A stretch of DNA of 64,000 bases from Escherichia coli. GTDB taxonomy: Bacteria; Pseudomonadota; Gammaproteobacteria; Enterobacterales; Enterobacteriaceae. Position 1 is the first letter of the stretch. Each line of letters opens with the position of its first letter. The stretch lies in NCBI RefSeq assembly GCF_011045215.1, contig NZ_CP049201.1; one strand, written 5' to 3'. A program made the translations under genes and the position numbers. Shown in pieces: positions 46,659 to 56,650 of this stretch. Under the pieces are notes generated by a model. It did not search any database. It was not told the origin of the DNA and was given only the letters and a program-made list of their open reading frames with translations.

Positions 46659-49466
46659 ATGAAGACTCTTGATATCCGGGTCGCTTTCAGCGCCGTTGAC
46701 AGGCTGACCCGGCCTGCCGAAAACGCCCGCCGCCTGATGGGGCAGTTTGGTGACTCCATCCAGCGAACGCAGGGGGCGATCAAAAATCTCGAGCGTCAGG
46801 CGCGTTCATTTGAGCGCGCCCGTGACGCTGTCAGTAAAGCGGATGCTGGCATATTGAAAGCACGACGCCAGCTTAACGCCCTTAATCAGTTACAACGCAC
46901 GGGTACAGTGCTCAGCGAAAAACAACAAAAGCTGATGCAGCAGTTAAGCACCCGGCTTGAACGCCTGAATGAATCGCGCACACGTGAAATTCAGAAAATG
47001 CGGGAGCTTGGCGGAGAGCTGAAACGCCACGGCATTTCCCTGACAGGCAGCGATAACACCATCCAGCAGGCCATCAGACGCACCGAACAGTACAACAACC
47101 AGCTTGAACGCGAACGGCAGGCGCTTGCGCGTGTAACGCGGGCGCGTGAGCGGTATTCGCGCGTGCAGGAAACCGCGGGAAAACTGAAAACAGGTGGTGC
47201 GCTGGCAATTGGTGCGGCAGCGGCGGGCGGCTATGCTGCCGGGCGTTTTTTGCAGCCTGCGATCGGGTTCGGGAAAGAGATGTCCCGCGTTCAGGCGCTG
47301 ACGCGAATCGACCAGAACAGCCCACAGTTTAAGGCGCTGCGTGAGCAGGCGTTAAAACTTGGCTCTGAAACGCAGTTCACCGCTGGAGATGCCGCCAGTG
47401 GACAGGCATTTCTTGCAATGGCTGGCTTCACACCACAGGCCATTCAGGCTGCGCTTCCCGGTGTGCTGAGCATGGCAACGGCTGGCGGTATGGATCTCGG
47501 TGAGACGGCGGATATTGGCTCAAACATCCTGACGCAGTTCGGCCTTTCTGCCGACCAGATGGACCGGGTCGGTGACACGCTCACCGCAGCGTTTACCCGT
47601 ACCAACACTGACCTTCGCGCACTGGGCGAAACCATGAAATATGCAGGTCCGGTGGCGGGCAAGCTGGGAATATCGCTGGAGCAGGCCGCAGCGATGGCGG
47701 GCGTGCTGGCGAATATGGGTATCAGGGGAAGTGATGCCGGGACGGCAATGCGTGCCAGCCTGGCTCGTCTGGCATCACCGCCAAAGGCGGCAGCAGAGGC
47801 GCTGAAAGAGCTTGGTGTGGCAGTCTCTGACGCGAACGGCAAAATGCGCCCGATGGAGGATGTGCTGGCCGACCTTTATAAAGCCACCCGCAAATACGGG
47901 GAAGTTGACCGGGTATCGTTCTTTAAGGACATTGCCGGAGAAGAGGCTTTCACATCGTTTATGGCGCTCGTTGATGCAGCGGGTGACGGTTCCTTACCTA
48001 AACTGAGAAAAGAACTTGAAGGCGCGCGCGGTGAGGCTGAACGCACAGCAAAGGTTATGGCCAACAACCTTGACGGCGATCTGAAATCACTCGGCAGTGC
48101 ATGGGAAGGGTTGCGCATCCGCATTGCAGATCTGATTGACGGTCCGCTGCGTTCTGTCACGCAGTGGCTCACACGGGTGGTATCAAGGGTGACGGCGCTG
48201 GCGCAGGCCCATCCGACACTGACGCGCCAGCTACTGATAGCAGGCGGTGCGTTGCTGGCAATGACTGCAACGGTTGGCTCGTTGTCGCTGGCTATTGGTG
48301 TGCTTGCTGGCCCGCTGGCAAAACTGCGTCTTGGTTTTTCTCTCCTGACCGGATCAATGAATGCTGTCAGGGTCCTGCCAGCACTATGGGGAATGGTGAC
48401 GGGTTCCGTTTCTTTGCTGGGAGGTGCTATCGGGGCGCTGTTCAGTCCGGTTGGTCTTATCGTGGCTGCGCTTGCCGGAGCTGCCGTTCTTATCTGGAAA
48501 TACTGGGATCCCATCAGGGCATTTTTTGCCGGGGTGTTCAGCGGGATTATGGAAAGGCTGATCCCGTTGCGCGAAACCTTTGAACAGTTTGGTCCTGTTT
48601 TTGACGCAATCGGAAGCGGGATCAGCCAGGTGTTTAACTGGTTTAAATCGCTGCTGTCACCGATGGAGTCCAGCAAGGAAACGCTGGATAAATGTACCAG
48701 TGCTGGCGAGATATTCGGTAACGTTCTTGGTGGCGCGTTACAGCTTGTTCTGACGCCTGCAAAAATGTTGCTGGATACGCTGGCGTGGATACTTGAAAAA
48801 CTCGGTGTTCTTCCGGATGAAGCGGAAAGGGCGAGAAAGAAAATCGAAGACGCACAGCGTGCGGCCATTCTTCAGGACAAGGTTGCCTTGCTTCAGGGGG
48901 ACCTGGCGAAAATCAATCCGCCGAAGCCTGTGGAAAATGGCAATGGCACCGGAGGTGATAAACCCAAAGACAACAAACCGCTCACAGACAGCAATACCGG
49001 GACGCTACGCAGACTCAGCAAAATTGCTGATAACACAGGTAAGCTGGTTGATGAGACGAAAAAACGCATTGGCCCCGGCGATATTGTCTTTAAGAACCTG
49101 CCCCGCGCACTTGCTGTTCGTGGGGAGTGGCAGGAGCGGAAGATTGCGCAGGTCAGTAAGCCTGCCCCCGCAATTAATATCACACCCGTGGTCCCGGCTC
49201 CGCTGCCTCCGGCGCTGGTCCCTGTTGTTGCGGCCAGCTCCCGCCCGGTGGCGGAGGCTATACGATCTCCAGTGGCATCAGTTCCTGTAACTTCCCGTAA
49301 CCGGGAGCCTGTTGCCTCCGGATTTGGTGGTGAAATTCATGTTCATCTGCATAACGTTGTTACGCAGAATCCCCGCGAACTGGCGAAACTAGTCGGTGAA
49401 ATGGTCAGGGCAGAAATGGAACGGCGCGCCCGTGCCGGGCGTGGCAGTTTTTACGATAAAGATTGA
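46659..49466 (+). CDS. Tail tape measure protein (P2 gpT-like)
   Basis: About 935-aa coiled-coil / Gly-Ala-rich protein; start taken at MKTLDIR overlapping the E' stop (ORF-track start 46623 alternative). Confidence 0.85.
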   Translation: MKTLDIRVAFSAVDRLTRPAENARRLMGQFGDSIQRTQGAIKNLERQARSFERARDAVSKADAGILKARRQLNALNQLQRTGTVLSEKQQKLMQQLSTRLERLNESRTREIQKMRELGGELKRHGISLTGSDNTIQQAIRRTEQYNNQLERERQALARVTRARERYSRVQETAGKLKTGGALAIGAAAAGGYAAGRFLQPAIGFGKEMSRVQALTRIDQNSPQFKALREQALKLGSETQFTAGDAASGQAFLAMAGFTPQAIQAALPGVLSMATAGGMDLGETADIGSNILTQFGLSADQMDRVGDTLTAAFTRTNTDLRALGETMKYAGPVAGKLGISLEQAAAMAGVLANMGIRGSDAGTAMRASLARLASPPKAAAEALKELGVAVSDANGKMRPMEDVLADLYKATRKYGEVDRVSFFKDIAGEEAFTSFMALVDAAGDGSLPKLRKELEGARGEAERTAKVMANNLDGDLKSLGSAWEGLRIRIADLIDGPLRSVTQWLTRVVSRVTALAQAHPTLTRQLLIAGGALLAMTATVGSLSLAIGVLAGPLAKLRLGFSLLTGSMNAVRVLPALWGMVTGSVSLLGGAIGALFSPVGLIVAALAGAAVLIWKYWDPIRAFFAGVFSGIMERLIPLRETFEQFGPVFDAIGSGISQVFNWFKSLLSPMESSKETLDKCTSAGEIFGNVLGGALQLVLTPAKMLLDTLAWILEKLGVLPDEAERARKKIEDAQRAAILQDKVALLQGDLAKINPPKPVENGNGTGGDKPKDNKPLTDSNTGTLRRLSKIADNTGKLVDETKKRIGPGDIVFKNLPRALAVRGEWQERKIAQVSKPAPAINITPVVPAPLPPALVPVVAASSRPVAEAIRSPVASVPVTSRNREPVASGFGGEIHVHLHNVVTQNPRELAKLVGEMVRAEMERRARAGRGSFYDKD

Positions 49467-49472
49467 GGAGTC

Positions 49473-49967
49473 ATGGCCATGATGATGATCTACGGCATGT
49501 TTGTTTTTGAGCTGCGCACGCTGCCGCATCAGCAGTTACAGCAAAACAAAAGCTGGCGGCATGTGAAAAATGAACGCGTTAACCGTTCAGCAAGCTGGCA
49601 GTATATCGGTGCAGGTGATGATCGCATCGTTCTTTCTGGTGTGCTTTATCCTGAAATTACAGGTGGCGAAGTGTCGCTGTCGCTGCTGACCACGCAGGCG
49701 TATACAGGACGACCCTGGCCTTTGATTGATGGTGTCGGGCAGATTTACGGCATGTATGTCCTGACCGGAACGAATACGACCCGTTCCGAGTTTGATCGCT
49801 ACGGTAAGGCGAAAAAGATAGAATTTTCACTGACCCTTGAACGCTGTGATGAGGATTTGCGGGAGCGCCTGCAATCCTCATCGTTCAGTGATATGCTGTC
49901 CGGCTTCAAAGATAAGGTCACATCATCCCTTAACAGCGCGGCCAGCTCCGTTAAAGGGCTGTTTTGA
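49473..49967 (+). CDS. Tail protein gpU-like
   Basis: 164-aa ORF after tape measure; matches recalled P2 gpU pattern. Confidence 0.8.
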   Translation: MAMMMIYGMFVFELRTLPHQQLQQNKSWRHVKNERVNRSASWQYIGAGDDRIVLSGVLYPEITGGEVSLSLLTTQAYTGRPWPLIDGVGQIYGMYVLTGTNTTRSEFDRYGKAKKIEFSLTLERCDEDLRERLQSSSFSDMLSGFKDKVTSSLNSAASSVKGLF

Positions 49968-49974
49968 TTAACGC

Positions 49975-50004
49975 AAAACCGCTAATGGTCAGATTAGCGG
50001 TTTT
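49975..50004. terminator. Hairpin between convergent gpU and invertase genes; probable bidirectional terminator, overlaps the last invertase codons
   Basis: AAAACCGCTAAT-GGTCAG-ATTAGCGGTTTT, 12-bp perfect stem flanked by A/T runs. Confidence 0.45.
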
Positions 50005-50611
50005 CATTTTCCTGAGTCTGCCTGGTTGTTTCTTCAGCCTGTATATCGCCTACAGGGTGATAACGATAAATCGTCGATATGCCGATGCCGTAAATGATCG
50101 CCAGTTGTTTCCTGTCATGACCGTTTTTGATCAGCCTTGCTATTTGCTCATGCTGTTCTTTTGTCAGCTTCGGGCGACGTCCGCCTGTGCGCCCCCGTGC
50201 GCGCGCTGCCGCCAGTCCGGCCAGTGTACGTTCAACAATTAATTCACGTTCCATTTCAGCCAGGGCACCCATCACGTGGAAGAAAAAACGCCCCATTGGA
50301 GAAGATGTATCTATGCTGTCGGTCAGACTGCGAAAATTAATCCCTCGCTCCCGTAGTTCTCCGACGAGAGAAATCAGATGTTTCATGCTTCGCCCAAGGC
50401 GATCCAGTTTCCAGACAACCAGCGTGTCACCTTTTTGAAGCCGCTTTAAAGCGCGTTTTAATCCCGGTCGGTCTGTCTTTGTCCCGCTTAATTTATCTTC
50501 AAATATTTGTTCACATCCTGCACAAACAAGAGCGTTTCGTTGCAGGTCTGTATTCTGGTCATTTGTTGATACCCTTACATAACCAATCAGCACACTGAAT
50601 CTCCCGTCCAA
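49994..50611 (-). CDS. Site-specific DNA invertase, serine recombinase of the Gin/Pin/Hin/Cin family
   Basis: LIGYVRVSTNDQNTDLQRNAL N-terminus with catalytic Ser and C-terminal HTH; true start may be the GTG at 50593. Confidence 0.9.
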   Translation of the reverse strand: MDGRFSVLIGYVRVSTNDQNTDLQRNALVCAGCEQIFEDKLSGTKTDRPGLKRALKRLQKGDTLVVWKLDRLGRSMKHLISLVGELRERGINFRSLTDSIDTSSPMGRFFFHVMGALAEMERELIVERTLAGLAAARARGRTGGRRPKLTKEQHEQIARLIKNGHDRKQLAIIYGIGISTIYRYHPVGDIQAEETTRQTQENENR

Positions 50612-50657
50612 AAGCGCAAATCATGCCATGCAGGCCGGAAACGGCCATTATCTAAAA

Positions 50658-50683
50658 CCTCGGTTTACAGGAAACGGTAAATC
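50658..50683. other. Inversion crossover site (gix/pix-like), left boundary of the invertible segment
   Basis: TTATCTAAAACCTCGGTTTACAGGAA; 12-bp half-sites around a 2-bp core; inverted copy at 53717-53742. Confidence 0.65.
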
Positions 50684-51618
50684 AGGCTTCTGGCGCATTA
50701 CAGAAAAACCAGAACGGCGCAGATATTCCGGGAAAAGATACCTTCACCAAAAATATTGGGGCCTGCCGCGCATATAGCGCATGGCTGGATATTGGTGGCG
50801 ATAGTCAGGTCTGGACAACCGCGCAATTTATTTCGTGGCTGGAGAGTCAGGGAGCATTTAACCATCCTTACTGGATGTGCAAAGGCTCATGGGCTTATGC
50901 AAATAATAAGGTCATTACAGATACAGGTTGCGGAAATATTTGTCTTGCAGGTGCTGTGGTGGAAGTTATTGGCACTCGCGGCGCAATGACCATACGCGTT
51001 ACCACGCCGAGCACGTCCAGCGGTGGAGGAATTACTAACGCTCAATTCACTTATATTAATCATGGTGATGCTTACGCTCCTGGCTGGCGACGAGACTACA
51101 ACACGAAAAATCAACAACCTGCATTTGCTTTAGGGCAAACAGGAAGCACTGTCGGAAATGATAAAGCTGTTGGCTGGAACTGGAATAGCGGGGTCTATAA
51201 CGCAAATATTGGTGGCGCATCGACATTAATCCTCCACTTCAATATGAATACGGGGAGCTGCCCTGCTGCACAGTTCCGCGTGAATTACAGAAATGGCGGA
51301 ATCTTTTATCGTTCAGCGCGTGATGGTTATGGCTTTGAAGCTGACTGGTCAGAGTTTTACACCACAACCCGCAAACCCTCTGCGGGAGATGTTGGTGCAT
51401 ATACGCAGGCAGAATGTAACTCAAGGTTTATTACAGGTATTCGCCTTGGCGGTCTGTCATCTGTTCAGACATGGAATGGTCCCGGCTGGTCTGACAGGTC
51501 AGGTTATGTCGTTACGGGTTCAGTTAACGGAAACCGTGATGAATTAATTGATACAACTCAGGCAAGGCCAATTCAGTATTGCATTAATGGGACGTGGTAT
51601 AACGCGGGGAGTATTTAA
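50684..51618 (+). CDS. Alternative tail fibre C-terminal receptor-binding domain (silent in this orientation; no start codon of its own)
   Basis: Frame open from the crossover site ([10 protein letters not shown]...) to stop at 51618, in the same codon phase relative to the site as the expressed copy; ends ...[12 protein letters not shown] like the expressed fibre. Confidence 0.7.
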
Positions 51619-51620
51619 CG

Positions 51621-52154
51621 ATGATGCACTTAAAAAACATTACTGCTGGCAACCCTAAAACAAAAGAGCAATACCAGCTAACGAAACAATTTAACATCAA
51701 ATGGCTTTATTCAGAGGATGGAAAAAACTGGTATGAGGAACAAAAGAATTTCCAGCCAGACACTTTGAAAATGGTCTATGACCATAACGGCGTTATTATT
51801 TGTATTGAAAAGGATGTTTCAGCAATTAATCCGGAAGGCGCAAGCGTCGTTGAATTACCTGATATTACAGCAAATCGCCGTGCTGACATTTCGGGTAAAT
51901 GGATGTTCAAAGATGGCGTAGTGGTAAAGCGAACTTATACCGAGGAAGAGCAGAGGCAGCAGGCGGAAAATGAAAAGCAAAGCCTGCTACAGCTCGTCAG
52001 GGATAAAACCCAGCTATGGGACTCACAGCTACGGCTGGGCATCATTTCCGACGAGAATAAACAAAAATTAACCGAGTGGATGCTCTATGCGCAGAAAGTC
52101 GAATCCACAGACACCTCCAGCCTGCCAGTAACGTTTCCAGGACAACCAGAATGA
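51621..52154 (+). CDS. Alternative tail fibre assembly chaperone (U'-like)
   Basis: 177-aa ORF starting [22 protein letters not shown], paralogous to the minus-strand chaperone at 52183-52710. Confidence 0.8.
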   Translation: MMHLKNITAGNPKTKEQYQLTKQFNIKWLYSEDGKNWYEEQKNFQPDTLKMVYDHNGVIICIEKDVSAINPEGASVVELPDITANRRADISGKWMFKDGVVVKRTYTEEEQRQQAENEKQSLLQLVRDKTQLWDSQLRLGIISDENKQKLTEWMLYAQKVESTDTSSLPVTFPGQPE

Positions 52155-52182
52155 GACAAGGCCCGCTATCGGGCCTTAATTT

Positions 52183-52710
52183 TTATTCAGGCTTTTGTGG
52201 CCATTCAGGATTTGCCGTATCCACACGGCTGACCAGAACACTGTAGCGTTCCCATGACTCCAGTCGTGTGCGTTCCTCATCCGTCGCCATATTCAGCCTG
52301 ACAGCGCGTTCCAGTGGCTGAATAACGCTTTCAGCTTCGGAAAGTAACGCAGCCTTTTGTGATTCGGCCTGTTGTTGTTGCTCGTCTGCCGTATAAATCC
52401 GTTTAACTACAGCTCCATCCTTAAACATCCACTTTCCTGAACCATCAGCGCGGCGGTTGGCTGTAATATCGGGAACCTCAACGACGCTAAAACCTTCAGG
52501 GTTAAGCGTGGAGGCATCTTTAGTAATGGCGACAATAATATTATTTGCATCGTAAACAATCTTTATTGTGTCTGGCTGAAAGTTTTTCACTTCCTCATAC
52601 CAGTTTTTTCCGTCCTCAGAGTAAAGCCAGATAACTCCGTGTTTCTTTGTTAACTCATACTGTTCCAGTGTTTTAGCGTTACCCGCTTTTATGTTCTTTA
52701 AGTGCATCAT
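52183..52710 (-). CDS. Tail fibre assembly chaperone (P2 gpG / Mu U-like), currently expressed orientation
   Basis: 175-aa ORF starting [22 protein letters not shown] directly downstream of the tail fibre gene. Confidence 0.8.
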   Translation of the reverse strand: MMHLKNIKAGNAKTLEQYELTKKHGVIWLYSEDGKNWYEEVKNFQPDTIKIVYDANNIIVAITKDASTLNPEGFSVVEVPDITANRRADGSGKWMFKDGAVVKRIYTADEQQQQAESQKAALLSEAESVIQPLERAVRLNMATDEERTRLESWERYSVLVSRVDTANPEWPQKPE

Positions 52711-52711
52711 A

Positions 52712-54874
52712 TTAAACGCTCGCTACATTATACCAGGTGCCATTTATATACTTTTGAACGGGTCTGTAATAAACGCCCGCTATATTATCGGCAGAGTTGG
52801 AGCCTGTATCCTGAACATTAATACCAGACAATACATGACCTGACGGGCACTGGAAATTCCATGTTTGCCAGTTGTTCACTCCATAATATTGCTGTGAACC
52901 AAGTCGAACATCTTTCACATATCTGGAATCAAAATTGCCATAATTGCCGGGAATAACTTGCGCACCGCAAAGCCAGTTCCCGTTATTATCCATGTACGCC
53001 TGACCATCGGTGCCATTGGCTGTCCTTGAGTTATTAATCATGTAGATGCCAAATTGCTTATTTCCCAGACCGCCAATCATAAATTTTCGGTCGGCATGGT
53101 CCTGACGGAGCAAGGCCTGGGCGCTATCAGTGTTAACTATATTTTTCCCAAAGATAGCGTTGTTATCGCGCATCTGAATCCACATACCATTACCGCTGTT
53201 AATAGCAAAACGGTCTGAAAGTGTTTCTCCTGAAACATTAAGGCCACGCCCCATCGAAACAGCGCCAGTAGCGTTATTAATCCATAATGGCCTTAATCCG
53301 TTATAAGTCCCCATGTTGTCACCGGAGTTTGTCAACATGAAGTATGTATTTGAACCATCATTACGAATAAAGAATCCGTAACTACCATAAGCAATACGTA
53401 GGCCGTTTGCTGATTTTGATATGACTTCGCCATTTACAATGGCATTGACAAGAACATACAAAGCATCCCATTTAAGATTCATCAGGTCTTTTGTTGTGGT
53501 GCCTTGTTTGCTTCTCCATTTGAAATATTCATTGCCGTTGTCGCCTGTTTCAAACCACATGTATGAATCAGTATCGCTGTCGGCATCATTTTTAAATCCA
53601 ATCTTTGCCCAGTCAGTATTTCGAATCCAGGCAAGGATTGAGTCGTTTTCAAAAGTAAGTCCACCGGACAAGGTATCGCCTGTCTTTTGAACGGCGTTAC
53701 CAGCCTTGTTTACCGTTTCCTGTAAACCGAGGTATTCGATAACGGCGGCAACGGTCGATTTCGCAAGAATATCCCGCCCAACTTTTGTCAGGGTTGCCAA
53801 GCTGGCAACATCATTCCCCGTAAAATACGGAAACCTGTCTGCCGCAGTAGCAAGCCCGGCCAGCGCCGTCAGGGTGGCATCTTTCGGTTGCTTACCCGCA
53901 AGCGCGTTAGTCATGGTGGTCGCAAAATTCGGGTCGTTGCCCAACGCCGCAGCCAGCTCGTTCAGCGTATTCAGTGCGTCAGGCGACGAGTCCACGAGGG
54001 CAGCGATCGCAGCCATAACATAAGCCGTGCTTGCGATCTGAGTATTGTTAGTACCTTTTGGCGCAGTTGGTGTTGTTGGTGTTCCGGTCAGTGCCGGGCT
54101 GTTTAATGGGGCTTTCTTGTTCGTTTCATCCATTACCGCCTTAACCGCTTTTGGTGTCGCTGCCAGCGTTTCAGACGTGCTGTTGGTTGCACTACTAAGC
54201 TGGACAAGGCCTTTTCGCGTTGTAGTGGCGTCCTGAGCGGTATATTTTCCGTTAGCCAGGTCATACGCGGCCTTTACTGCTTTCGGCGTTGCAGCCTGCG
54301 TTTCAGAATCGTTGTTAGTGGCGCTACTGAGTTGAACAAAGCCTTTTGCGGTCAGCGAGGCATCCGGGTGACGTCGTGACTGTTCATGCTCTTTCAGTTT
54401 GTCATTCACGTAATCCACTGTGGCCATAACCATGGTGTTATCCACGGTAAGCGCCACGGTGGCAGTGCTGGATACGGTCAGAATGGTGCGAAATGTTTGT
54501 GCACGTCCGGACCCTTCGGCAACGGCTGGCTTGTAACTTTCGGCAGTATTGCCCACCGCGATCAAATCGCCGTGCTCATCAAACACACCAATTTCCCGGA
54601 TCCAGAATCCGCCCGTTTCAGGAGGAATAACCAGCTCTGCAATAATGCGGTTCTGATGTGTTGCGTCCAGGATGATGCGATTAACAGTATGTCGCCACAC
54701 CTCATGCACCAGACGGGTCTGCTTACTGTCTGGTGTGGGCAATGTACCGCCACCGTCGCCCACGGCCATATGAGTCAGGCGGACAGGCTTACCATCTGGC
54801 GCGGCTGCCTGAGCTAATTTTTTGGCACCCGTATCGGTGATAACGGTTTTAAATTTTCGTGTTGTGGTACTCAT
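52712..54874 (-). CDS. Tail fibre protein (P2 gpH-like) with constant N-terminal part and invertible C-terminal part
   Basis: 720-aa ORF; N-terminal region matches recalled P2 gpH; the crossover site falls at ...[13 protein letters not shown]... Confidence 0.9.
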   Translation of the reverse strand: MSTTTRKFKTVITDTGAKKLAQAAAPDGKPVRLTHMAVGDGGGTLPTPDSKQTRLVHEVWRHTVNRIILDATHQNRIIAELVIPPETGGFWIREIGVFDEHGDLIAVGNTAESYKPAVAEGSGRAQTFRTILTVSSTATVALTVDNTMVMATVDYVNDKLKEHEQSRRHPDASLTAKGFVQLSSATNNDSETQAATPKAVKAAYDLANGKYTAQDATTTRKGLVQLSSATNSTSETLAATPKAVKAVMDETNKKAPLNSPALTGTPTTPTAPKGTNNTQIASTAYVMAAIAALVDSSPDALNTLNELAAALGNDPNFATTMTNALAGKQPKDATLTALAGLATAADRFPYFTGNDVASLATLTKVGRDILAKSTVAAVIEYLGLQETVNKAGNAVQKTGDTLSGGLTFENDSILAWIRNTDWAKIGFKNDADSDTDSYMWFETGDNGNEYFKWRSKQGTTTKDLMNLKWDALYVLVNAIVNGEVISKSANGLRIAYGSYGFFIRNDGSNTYFMLTNSGDNMGTYNGLRPLWINNATGAVSMGRGLNVSGETLSDRFAINSGNGMWIQMRDNNAIFGKNIVNTDSAQALLRQDHADRKFMIGGLGNKQFGIYMINNSRTANGTDGQAYMDNNGNWLCGAQVIPGNYGNFDSRYVKDVRLGSQQYYGVNNWQTWNFQCPSGHVLSGINVQDTGSNSADNIAGVYYRPVQKYINGTWYNVASV
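53717..53742. other. Inversion crossover site (gix/pix-like), right boundary, inside the tail fibre gene
   Basis: TTCCTGTAAACCGAGGTATTCGATAA, inverted relative to 50658-50683 with 17 of 17 identical bases from the outer end and minor divergence in the other half-site. Confidence 0.65.
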
Positions 54875-54876
54875 GC

Positions 54877-55407
54877 TTAATCGTCCGGATAAATGGTAAT
54901 GACTTCGCCGTCGTAAGTTGCTGCCGCCGCGAAAATATCTCCCTGAATCTCCTGAATGATATTCAGCCCTGTCATGTGGCGGCTGACCGGGCGGGCATCA
55001 GCAATCAACCGCTCCATTTCCAGATACATTTCCTCGGTCACACCACTGTCCAGCGTGCCGACTTCAACGGTAAATGTTCCCGGTTCTCCGCCGAACTCCC
55101 ACCACTCAGACACACGAATGAGGTATCCCAGCGGCTCAATGGCCCGGCGCAGTGCGCTGATGGTCCCTTTGTGTCGGTGTATCAGCCATGCATCACGAAT
55201 CACCTGTCGTTTTGTCTCTTCCGGCCAGTTGCGATCCCAGCGGTCAACGGAAAATGCCCAGGCGAGATAAGGCAGCAGGTGCACCGGGCAGGTGTCCGGC
55301 GACCACAGCGTGTTGAGGTCTACCGGAATGTCTGTAATGCGTGTTCCGACGGCTTCGGCACAACGCATGAAACTGCTGGCTGATGGCGGTAACAGTGAAT
55401 TACTCAT
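54877..55407 (-). CDS. Baseplate protein gpI-like
   Basis: Position between J and H; start taken at MSNSLLPPSASSF (176 aa); ORF-track start 55440 alternative. Confidence 0.8.
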   Translation of the reverse strand: MSNSLLPPSASSFMRCAEAVGTRITDIPVDLNTLWSPDTCPVHLLPYLAWAFSVDRWDRNWPEETKRQVIRDAWLIHRHKGTISALRRAIEPLGYLIRVSEWWEFGGEPGTFTVEVGTLDSGVTEEMYLEMERLIADARPVSRHMTGLNIIQEIQGDIFAAAATYDGEVITIYPDD

Positions 55408-56296
55408 TGCGCCCACCTTCGCTGATGGTGAATGACTCACAGCGCGCCGCCTGTATGTCGCTGATGGCCATATTCTGTGTGGGTTCGATTATCTCCACGC
55501 GTTGCACACCGTGCACATGCAGTGCGGCAGCAATGGCGGACAACGCCACGTCCTGACCGATAAGCCCCTGCTCAGCCAGCCACTTCCTGAACGACGATTC
55601 CGCCGCCGCCAGAATAGGTTCGGATTCCGGACCGGGGTAAAAGTACAGTTTTGCATTCAGCCGCCATGTCACGATTCTGGCGCTCTGTACGGTCAGGCGG
55701 TCGGCCACCGGGCGGGTATCCTCTGCATTCAGAACGGCGCGAACGGTATTAAGCAACGCCTCCGTTGCTGTGCCGTCGCCTTCAGTGGACAGGATGGAAA
55801 CCGTCACATTTGCCGGAGACGGACTGATAGCCCGCGCATCACGCACCAGACCGCTGGCGCTGCGGGCAAAATACTCGTATGCACCTGACGGGCCAGCAAC
55901 ACTCAGGCCGTCGTACGCCCGTTGCGCCCGCAGTCTCAGCGAGGTGTCGCTTTCCATCACCGCGTCGGTGGTATCCGTTGCCGGAGTGATAACCAGGCGC
56001 TTTGTGTTCATATTGCCCGCGAGGTTGTCCAGGTCTGTCCCGGCGCTGTGGCTTAACATGCAGGCGCGTGCACCCTCGTTAACCCGCTGGCGTAACAGCA
56101 TTTCACGAAACGACATGGTTTGAGCGATAACGTTAAGGGGTTCCGATTCCAGCTCCAGCGCGGCGGAAACGGCTTCACGCTGTTCGGCGGGATAAGCCGC
56201 AATCATCATGGCCTTTGTGTCAGCCAGAATTGCCTCAAAGTCAGGCTCCGCGATGATGGCGGGGTCCGGTAACTGTGAAAGGTCAACGGCGGGCAT
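55400..56296 (-). CDS. Baseplate wedge protein gpJ-like
   Basis: 298-aa ORF in conserved V-W-J-I order. Confidence 0.85.
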   Translation of the reverse strand: MPAVDLSQLPDPAIIAEPDFEAILADTKAMMIAAYPAEQREAVSAALELESEPLNVIAQTMSFREMLLRQRVNEGARACMLSHSAGTDLDNLAGNMNTKRLVITPATDTTDAVMESDTSLRLRAQRAYDGLSVAGPSGAYEYFARSASGLVRDARAISPSPANVTVSILSTEGDGTATEALLNTVRAVLNAEDTRPVADRLTVQSARIVTWRLNAKLYFYPGPESEPILAAAESSFRKWLAEQGLIGQDVALSAIAAALHVHGVQRVEIIEPTQNMAISDIQAARCESFTISEGGRNE

Positions 56297-56299
56297 GAT

Positions 56300-56650
56300 T
56301 TACTCCCTCAGCGTGATGGTTAATTCAACATTCTGCATGGTCTGCATGACAGTGCCCGACAGCGTCACCCCGGCGCGGCCTCCCGCTTTCCAGACAACGT
56401 CGATGGCATCCAGGGCAATGCGGGGTTCCCATCGTGTCAGCGCAATCACGGCAGCACTCATGCATTGCAGACGCGTGGTGTTATTCATGGGTTCGTCAAT
56501 CAAATCAGGCACAAGGCTGCCATATTCCCGTCGCATAACCCGGCTTGCCAGCGGGGTGGTCAGGATATCCCTGACTGACTGTTTCAGGTGCTCCATATCG
56601 TTCAGGTTTCCCGTCCCGTCCGGATTCATTCCTGTGTAGCGGGTTGTCAC
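56300..56650 (-). CDS. Baseplate protein gpW-like
   Basis: 116-aa ORF; 4-bp overlap with gpV gene. Confidence 0.8.
   Translation of the reverse strand: MTTRYTGMNPDGTGNLNDMEHLKQSVRDILTTPLASRVMRREYGSLVPDLIDEPMNNTTRLQCMSAAVIALTRWEPRIALDAIDVVWKAGGRAGVTLSGTVMQTMQNVELTITLRE

Larger units (their letters stand above)
50658..53742. mobile_element. Invertible tail-fibre segment (G-segment-like, about 3.1 kb) bounded by inverted crossover sites
   Basis: Contains the variable 3' part of the expressed tail fibre gene plus its chaperone on the minus strand and an alternative promoterless 3' part plus chaperone on the plus strand; invertase gene abuts the left site. Confidence 0.7.

Noticed and set aside
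49975-50004. Palindrome between gpU and invertase as a third recombination site for the invertase
   Set aside because: Half-sites are separated by 5-6 bp rather than the 2-bp core of gix/hix sites and it does not resemble the 26-bp sites at 50658 and 53717; more consistent with a bidirectional terminator
50756-50989. 77-aa plus-strand ORF at the left end of the invertible segment
   Set aside because: Out of frame with the crossover site; the in-phase frame starting at 50684 encodes the alternative fibre C-terminus, so this is a chance ORF
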